Positions 58,611-64,000 of a stretch of DNA of 64,000 bases are shown one piece after another. Source of the stretch: an uncultured Nitrososphaerota archaeon (GTDB lineage Archaea > Thermoproteota > Nitrososphaeria > Nitrososphaerales > CADDZS01); contig CAWCYI010000006.1 of NCBI GenBank assembly GCA_963799845.1, positions 256,001 through 320,000 on the forward strand, in the 5' to 3' direction. The notes under the pieces are model-generated. The model did not search any database. It was not told where the DNA came from and saw nothing but the letters and a program-made list of their open reading frames with translations. Position 1 is the stretch's first letter. Each line of letters starts with the position of its first letter. The position numbers and the translations under genes were made by a program.

Positions 58611-59750
58611 TTGTCAAAAAGATCCCATCTGTACCAGTATCACAGAGATAACGGCAAAATGACTGAATTTTCGGGTTTCGAAATGCCCGTTTGGTACAAA
58701 GGCATCGTCGAAGAACACCTAGCGGTCCGAAACGCTGCCGGACTGTTTGACGTTTCTCACATGGGTCGAGTTTGGATAACGGGGCCGGATGCGACTAAAT
58801 ACTTGAGCCATTTGCTTCCGACTAATCCCAGTCTGGTAAGGGACGGTCGCGCGTTCTATTCAATGATTTGCAATCGAAATGGAGGAATAATCGACGACCT
58901 AATTACAAACAAATTCTCAGAAGAGCGATATCTGATGGTGGTCAATGCAGGAAACCGAGACAAGGATTTTTTGTGGCTTCGAAATAACAGTTCTGAATTT
59001 CAAGTATTTCTTGAGGATTTCTCAAATCAATCAGCGCTCATGACGATTCAAGGGCCTCTTGCGAGTGAGATTCTCCAAAAGATGGTTGACACTGATCTTT
59101 CTACTGTTAGGCGTTTCGCCCTCAGAGAATGTCTGGTGTCAAATGAGAAATGCCTCGTCTCAAGAACCGGGTACACTGGCGAAGATGGATTCGAAATTAC
59201 AGTGTTCGACACACCACTCGAGAACCCCGAACGAGCTTTGAAGATTTGGAAAGAGATTCTACAAATTGGCAATAATTCGGGAGTTCTACCATGTGGGCTG
59301 GGAGCGAGGGATTCACTTAGATTGGAAGCTGGAATGTGTCTTTACGGTCAGGATATCGATGAGACGACCACTCCCGTCGAAGCAGCGCTTGATAGTATTG
59401 TCAATCAGGATGAAAGAAACTTCATAGGAAAAGAGAAAATCATTCAGCAACTCAAACAAGGTACCGAAAGAAAGAGAGTTGCGTTCTCTATGATCGAATC
59501 GGGAATTCCGAGGCATGGATTTGACCTAGCCTTCTCGGGACAAAAAGTTGGAAATGTCACTTCAGGGACGTTCTCTCCGATCTTGAAAAAAGGAATTGGA
59601 ATGGGCTACGTTAGAACACCTCTTGCTAACTACGGGCAACGGATCGCTGTCCAAGTAAGGGAATCAGCGAAGATGTCTGAAGTCGTACCTACTCCATTTT
59701 ACGACGCTACGCGATTCGGCTACAAGAGAAAAATCAGGGCGAGTATCTAG
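58611..59750 (+). CDS. gcvT: Glycine cleavage system aminomethyltransferase T
   Basis: FDVSHMG, RTGYTGEDGFE, GLGARDSLRLEAG and VTSGTFSP. Confidence 0.96.
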   Translation: MSKRSHLYQYHRDNGKMTEFSGFEMPVWYKGIVEEHLAVRNAAGLFDVSHMGRVWITGPDATKYLSHLLPTNPSLVRDGRAFYSMICNRNGGIIDDLITNKFSEERYLMVVNAGNRDKDFLWLRNNSSEFQVFLEDFSNQSALMTIQGPLASEILQKMVDTDLSTVRRFALRECLVSNEKCLVSRTGYTGEDGFEITVFDTPLENPERALKIWKEILQIGNNSGVLPCGLGARDSLRLEAGMCLYGQDIDETTTPVEAALDSIVNQDERNFIGKEKIIQQLKQGTERKRVAFSMIESGIPRHGFDLAFSGQKVGNVTSGTFSPILKKGIGMGYVRTPLANYGQRIAVQVRESAKMSEVVPTPFYDATRFGYKRKIRASI

Positions 59751-59802
59751 AATCATTTTTATCTGATCAGATTTTCTCATTACTTCTGATCAGCGAATTC
59801 AG

Positions 59803-60213
59803 ATGGCAGAATCGTACAATGTACCAGCCGACTATTTCTATACGAGAGATCATGAATGGATAAAGCCGAACAGTGACTCGTATCTAATTGGAATCACCGA
59901 TTACGCAGCAAAGATGTTGAACGATATCGTTTACGTGAACCTTCCGAAAGAGGGAGTCTCTTTTAAACAAAAAGATGTTTTTGGTCAAGTCGAATCCGTA
60001 AAAACTGTTTCTGACTTGTATATGCCAGTATCAGGGGAAATTATCAAAACAAATAACCAGTTGACGCAGACTCCAGAGCTTGTCGCAAACTCCCCGTATG
60101 TTGATGGATGGATGTTGGTAATTAGCTCGGAGAAATTTTCCGAAGAATCTCGGGATCTTCTGGATGCAAAAGCGTACAATGATTTCATTTCGAGTCTCAA
60201 AGATGCTCAATGA
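59803..60213 (+). CDS. gcvH: Glycine cleavage system H protein
   Basis: HEW, GITDYA, lipoyl-lysine VESVKTVSD and SPYxxGW. Confidence 0.96.
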   Translation: MAESYNVPADYFYTRDHEWIKPNSDSYLIGITDYAAKMLNDIVYVNLPKEGVSFKQKDVFGQVESVKTVSDLYMPVSGEIIKTNNQLTQTPELVANSPYVDGWMLVISSEKFSEESRDLLDAKAYNDFISSLKDAQ

Positions 60214-60251
60214 GATTTTGAGGAAACCTTATACAGCCTTTTTGGACGCAA

Positions 60252-62642
60252 GTGTTTTTGCAAATGAGCTTCCGGGATCAGCTCGCCAAAATTAGAGGCA
60301 TATTTTACCGCCCCTCAATGACGCGGCGCAGTGCTACTATCTTTCTCGCGATGTCGCTTATTTTCATAATCGCACTAATCATGAGGCTTTATCCAGCACA
60401 ATATGGTTGGTTTTTGAATGAGTTTGACCCTTACTTTGACTATTATGCTTCTTATCACGTCGTCGTTCTAGCGCAACAGCACGGCTTGATATACGCCCTA
60501 TTCAACAATCCGGCGAATTGCCCCCCTGGTCTTGTCAGTGGTGCAGCAGCCGCCTGCCACTCTCAACAGGGATATTACTTTTGGCACGACATTCAGACTT
60601 GGTATCCGTATGGGAGAAATGTCGCTGCGACAAGCCAGGTAGGACTACAGCTCACAGGTGCGATGTCCTATCTTTTCGTCAACTCGGTTCTTGGAATTTC
60701 CGTTAGTTATTACGATTTCCTCGTCTTCTTCCCAGTCATCGTGGGTTCGCTCACAATCATTCCTCTATACTTCTTGGCGAAGAAAATTACGAACAGTGCG
60801 GGAGGAATTTTTGCAGCGCTGATTTTTGCGGTTTCACCCCCGATACTTGAACGAGGTAACTTAGGATGGTTCAAGTCTGAACCACTGTCGCTTTTTGCTT
60901 CAGTGATAGGAGCTTACTTCTTTCTTTCAATGTATAATTCCAAGAATTCGCTCAGGGGAGTACTCTTGAGAGGGCTGCTTGCGGGAATGTTCTTCGGATA
61001 TTCAATGATCGATTGGGGAGGTGGAGATGAGTTCGTTCTGATTTTCGGTCTGATATTCTTGATTGCTCCATTTGTGAAAAGCATAGACCTACAGAAGACA
61101 GTCCAAGGCGGATCCCTCCTAGTCGCTGCTTTACTTCTCATATCGGCAACTACTCCAAGGCCCGGCCCAGGAATTATTACAGATCTCATTGGACTCCCGC
61201 TTATCGGCAGCTGGGTTTTTGCGTTTGTCGCGTACTTTGTTAAACGATACGGCGATCCCGCTTCGTACAACCGCAATCTGATCAAGATTCTTCTGATCTT
61301 CGTATTTGGTGGACTCCTTGCTATTTCGTTCGGCGCCATCGGGGGGATATCTGGAAGATATCTCACTGTAATTTATTCCCAGTTCAGAACTAGCGATCCT
61401 CTGGTCCAGTCGGTTGCGGAACAGGCAGTGCCAACGGGCAGCCAGTTCTTTTCCGATTACGCAGCCGTTATACTTCTTTCAGGGTTTGGGGCGTATATTG
61501 CATTTAGAAGAAGGTCAATCGAAGGAATCTTCGCGCTAGTTCTTGCGATCACAGGGGTATACATCGCTTCTTCATTTTCAAGGCTGATGGTGTACTCGAC
61601 GCTGGCGCTTGGGATACTCGGTGCGATTGGCTTGATTGAACTTTCAGAATCAATCCTCAGGCCCAATGTTTCAAGCGTAAGTCGAAAGAAAAGCAAGATC
61701 TATGAATCAAGAAGCGAGGTCAAGGTCATATTCTCAGTATTGATGGTTGCTTTGATTGCTATTCCGATTTTCATCCCCGCAAACGCAACCAATGGATATT
61801 CATTATCCCACTCTGGATGGATTGCTGCTGCCAACGTTCCTGTAAGTGTAGCAAACGGCGGAACTGCATTCAGTACTTCCAGCACGGATTGGCTCCAAGC
61901 CTTTAGCTGGATGCGAACGCTTGGGTCGAGCACAACGATTGCATCCTGGTGGGATTACGGATATTGGACTGCGGTAATGGGAAATATTACCTCCCTGGCC
62001 GATAACGCAACAATAAACGAGACTCAGATTTCATTGATAGGACAGGCTCTAGTTGCCCCACCACAGCAGTCTTTGCAGGTATTGAAGGAACTTCATTCGC
62101 CTCAGTATATTCTAATATTCATCGCGGGCTATAGATTCACCCCCAGTACGTCCTCGGGACAAGCTAGCCAGCTTTATTACATGCTGACGGTTCCAACTCC
62201 TTATCCGCAACCTGCAGGTGGTGATGAATCTAAGAAACAGTGGTTTATTAGAATCGGGAATGAGACATGCGGATGTCTTGAAGAAACTCTTGGCTCACAT
62301 GCCCTGATGGAAAACGACGACTTTACTCCTACTCCATATTTCTGGGCAAATTCTACGCTTGGGAAACTTATTCCGTTCCAGTCACAACAATTGTACTACA
62401 ATCCAGTTTCTTCCCAAACCGCGCAAGGTTACAACCAGACTATTTCTACCACAACTGGCGCATCTGGGATATCTAACGGGTATACGGAGATCTACACTTA
62501 CGGAGTGAACTATCCGACAGGCGATACCTCTGCTCCCTTCCAGCTGGCGTTCGAATCTTCCAGCCTTCCGGGGACTGCCGCCGGTCTCTACACGGCAGTA
62601 CTTGTTTACAAGATCAATTACAACTATACCTTCCCTGCCTAA
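60252..62642 (+). CDS. aglB: Oligosaccharyltransferase catalytic subunit AglB/STT3
   Basis: EFDPYF, WYPYGR, SVAEQ, WWDYGY, ADNAT and DK motif DESKKQWFIRIG; about 13 TM helices. Confidence 0.95.
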   Translation: MFLQMSFRDQLAKIRGIFYRPSMTRRSATIFLAMSLIFIIALIMRLYPAQYGWFLNEFDPYFDYYASYHVVVLAQQHGLIYALFNNPANCPPGLVSGAAAACHSQQGYYFWHDIQTWYPYGRNVAATSQVGLQLTGAMSYLFVNSVLGISVSYYDFLVFFPVIVGSLTIIPLYFLAKKITNSAGGIFAALIFAVSPPILERGNLGWFKSEPLSLFASVIGAYFFLSMYNSKNSLRGVLLRGLLAGMFFGYSMIDWGGGDEFVLIFGLIFLIAPFVKSIDLQKTVQGGSLLVAALLLISATTPRPGPGIITDLIGLPLIGSWVFAFVAYFVKRYGDPASYNRNLIKILLIFVFGGLLAISFGAIGGISGRYLTVIYSQFRTSDPLVQSVAEQAVPTGSQFFSDYAAVILLSGFGAYIAFRRRSIEGIFALVLAITGVYIASSFSRLMVYSTLALGILGAIGLIELSESILRPNVSSVSRKKSKIYESRSEVKVIFSVLMVALIAIPIFIPANATNGYSLSHSGWIAAANVPVSVANGGTAFSTSSTDWLQAFSWMRTLGSSTTIASWWDYGYWTAVMGNITSLADNATINETQISLIGQALVAPPQQSLQVLKELHSPQYILIFIAGYRFTPSTSSGQASQLYYMLTVPTPYPQPAGGDESKKQWFIRIGNETCGCLEETLGSHALMENDDFTPTPYFWANSTLGKLIPFQSQQLYYNPVSSQTAQGYNQTISTTTGASGISNGYTEIYTYGVNYPTGDTSAPFQLAFESSSLPGTAAGLYTAVLVYKINYNYTFPA

Positions 62643-62686
62643 AAGGGGCTTTTGTCCGTCCTCGCCTGAAATACGTGTGCTGATTC

Positions 62687-63583
62687 GTGAACCCGCCCAA
62701 GGGTCAGTTGGAACAAGTCGCCAGCAACATTTATGCCGTAATATGCGACGCTGATGATTCGGTGTACGGCGGTTATGGAGCAAACCAAGGATTCGTGGTT
62801 CTCGAGGATTCGGTATTAGTGTTTGACTCGGGATTTTCTCTGCCCCAGGCGCGTCATCTTCAGACTTCAATTAGAAGTGTAACGGACAAGAAAATTCGCT
62901 TTTTGATAAACAGCCACGATCATTCAGACCACGTTTTCGGGAACTCATTTTTTACGAAAAAATATTCATCTCATGGCCTTTCGATAATTTCTCATACGGT
63001 TTGTAGTGAAAATATTGTCTGGCAGGGTCCGAAAAGACTGAAAAATTATATGAAGATTCCGGGACTGAAAAAGTGGCTTCGGACCCTTGATATAGAACCT
63101 CCAAATGTTACCTATTCAGATTTGGGTTTTAGAATAGATTTAGAAGGTACCGAAATAATCCTTGCCCATCCGCCGACAGGCGCTCATACACTTGGAGATA
63201 CAGCCATGTATTTGCCTCAAGAAGGCGTTGTTTATTCAGGAGACATCGTATGGAATAGATTCTTGCCTAACCTAGAAGATGCCAACCTGGAAGGATGGAT
63301 CAGTTTCCTAGGGGATATCGATCTAGGCACTTACAAGAAATGCATTCCTGGCCACGGAGATGTTTGTGGACCGAATGAAGTCGTCAACTTCCAAGAATAC
63401 CTCAAGTCTGTGAGAAAAAATCTTCTCGAATCCGAATCGGGGCGGCATACAAATAATCGCAACTTTCTGAGATCTTGCTTTGAAGTTCCAGGCACAGAGG
63501 ATTGGAAAATGAGATCTATCGTCGAATACAACATTAATGCTCTTTTTGGAAAGGATTCATCGGTTCATAAACATGGAAAGTGA
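62687..63583 (+). CDS. Metallo-beta-lactamase-fold hydrolase (cyclase-like)
   Basis: SHDHSDHVFGN, AHTLGD, GD and IPGHG. Confidence 0.88.
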   Translation: MNPPKGQLEQVASNIYAVICDADDSVYGGYGANQGFVVLEDSVLVFDSGFSLPQARHLQTSIRSVTDKKIRFLINSHDHSDHVFGNSFFTKKYSSHGLSIISHTVCSENIVWQGPKRLKNYMKIPGLKKWLRTLDIEPPNVTYSDLGFRIDLEGTEIILAHPPTGAHTLGDTAMYLPQEGVVYSGDIVWNRFLPNLEDANLEGWISFLGDIDLGTYKKCIPGHGDVCGPNEVVNFQEYLKSVRKNLLESESGRHTNNRNFLRSCFEVPGTEDWKMRSIVEYNINALFGKDSSVHKHGK

Positions 63584-63977
63584 TCACTACCCTCTTACCG
63601 CTTCTACCGATTTTGCTCTAACGGCGAGTTCAGCGGAGACCGCCCTAAGAAAAGAAGGCTTTGAGTTCATCCAAAATAGAACCAAAGATCTGGTAGAATT
63701 TGAAATTGAAAAGCCAGCTTACTTCAGGATCGTAATTCAGAGGAGGACAGATCCGGAGGTGGGAAATTTTCTCTTACCTTCGATAAAGGCCGCACGTGGC
63801 TGCCATATTGACGTATGGCTTTCAAGAGACCTAGTCATAGGAAAGAATGATAGCGATTCGTCTGTCAAAGTATTCCTCAGATCGCTCGTCCAGTCATTGC
63901 CTAGCCCTCCCTGGGAAGGATTGAAGTTTCGAGAATCCGGCAAGGTGAAGAAGAAATGGAAGGAGCTTCTCGACTGA
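63573..63977 (+). CDS. Hypothetical protein
   Basis: ORF overlapping the MBL gene stop; ATG 63573 preferred as start. Confidence 0.6.
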   Translation: MESDHYPLTASTDFALTASSAETALRKEGFEFIQNRTKDLVEFEIEKPAYFRIVIQRRTDPEVGNFLLPSIKAARGCHIDVWLSRDLVIGKNDSDSSVKVFLRSLVQSLPSPPWEGLKFRESGKVKKKWKELLD

Positions 63978-64000
63978 AACACGTTTCTTCGAAACTCCCC

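Noticed and set aside
1-64000. CRISPR arrays, IS/transposases, integrases, proviruses, defence islands and rRNA genes
   Set aside because: No repeat-spacer periodicity, terminal repeats or relevant protein motifs seen; the window is gene-dense core genome

Overview
Core-genome window of an archaeon. The gene set (atypical FtsZ, DnaK system, F420 genes, RHH/V4R-like protein, glycine cleavage system, topoisomerase IA) suggests Nitrososphaerota/Thaumarchaeota, probably a non-ammonia-oxidising lineage; this is inference. Contents: a flavin salvage cluster (RbkR, wHTH-RibL, ECF transporter), the exosome/proteasome superoperon, LeuRS and AlaRS, a split glycine cleavage system, ribosomal protein clusters, grpE-dnaK-dnaJ, SRP54, many RNA-modification enzymes, RNAP subunits, TFS, PCNA, repair genes and AglB/STT3. 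I found no mobile elements or CRISPR arrays. Features missing from the ORF track: an initiator tRNA-Met with two BHB introns (37/38 and 59/60), a long box C/D guide RNA, rpl39e and two small CxxC zinc-finger genes. Main highlights: (1) a ribophorin-I-like and a DC2/OSTC-like membrane protein alongside a eukaryote-type STT3, i.e. a candidate multi-subunit oligosaccharyltransferase; (2) all 11 frameshifts I resolved, in 9 genes, lie in or next to AGCT (9) or GATC (2) with stereotyped errors, which points to DNA methylation causing long-read consensus errors rather than to pseudogenes; (3) a C/D sRNA whose guide is complementary to the 23S peptidyl-transferase region; (4) an FAD synthase fused to a winged HTH.
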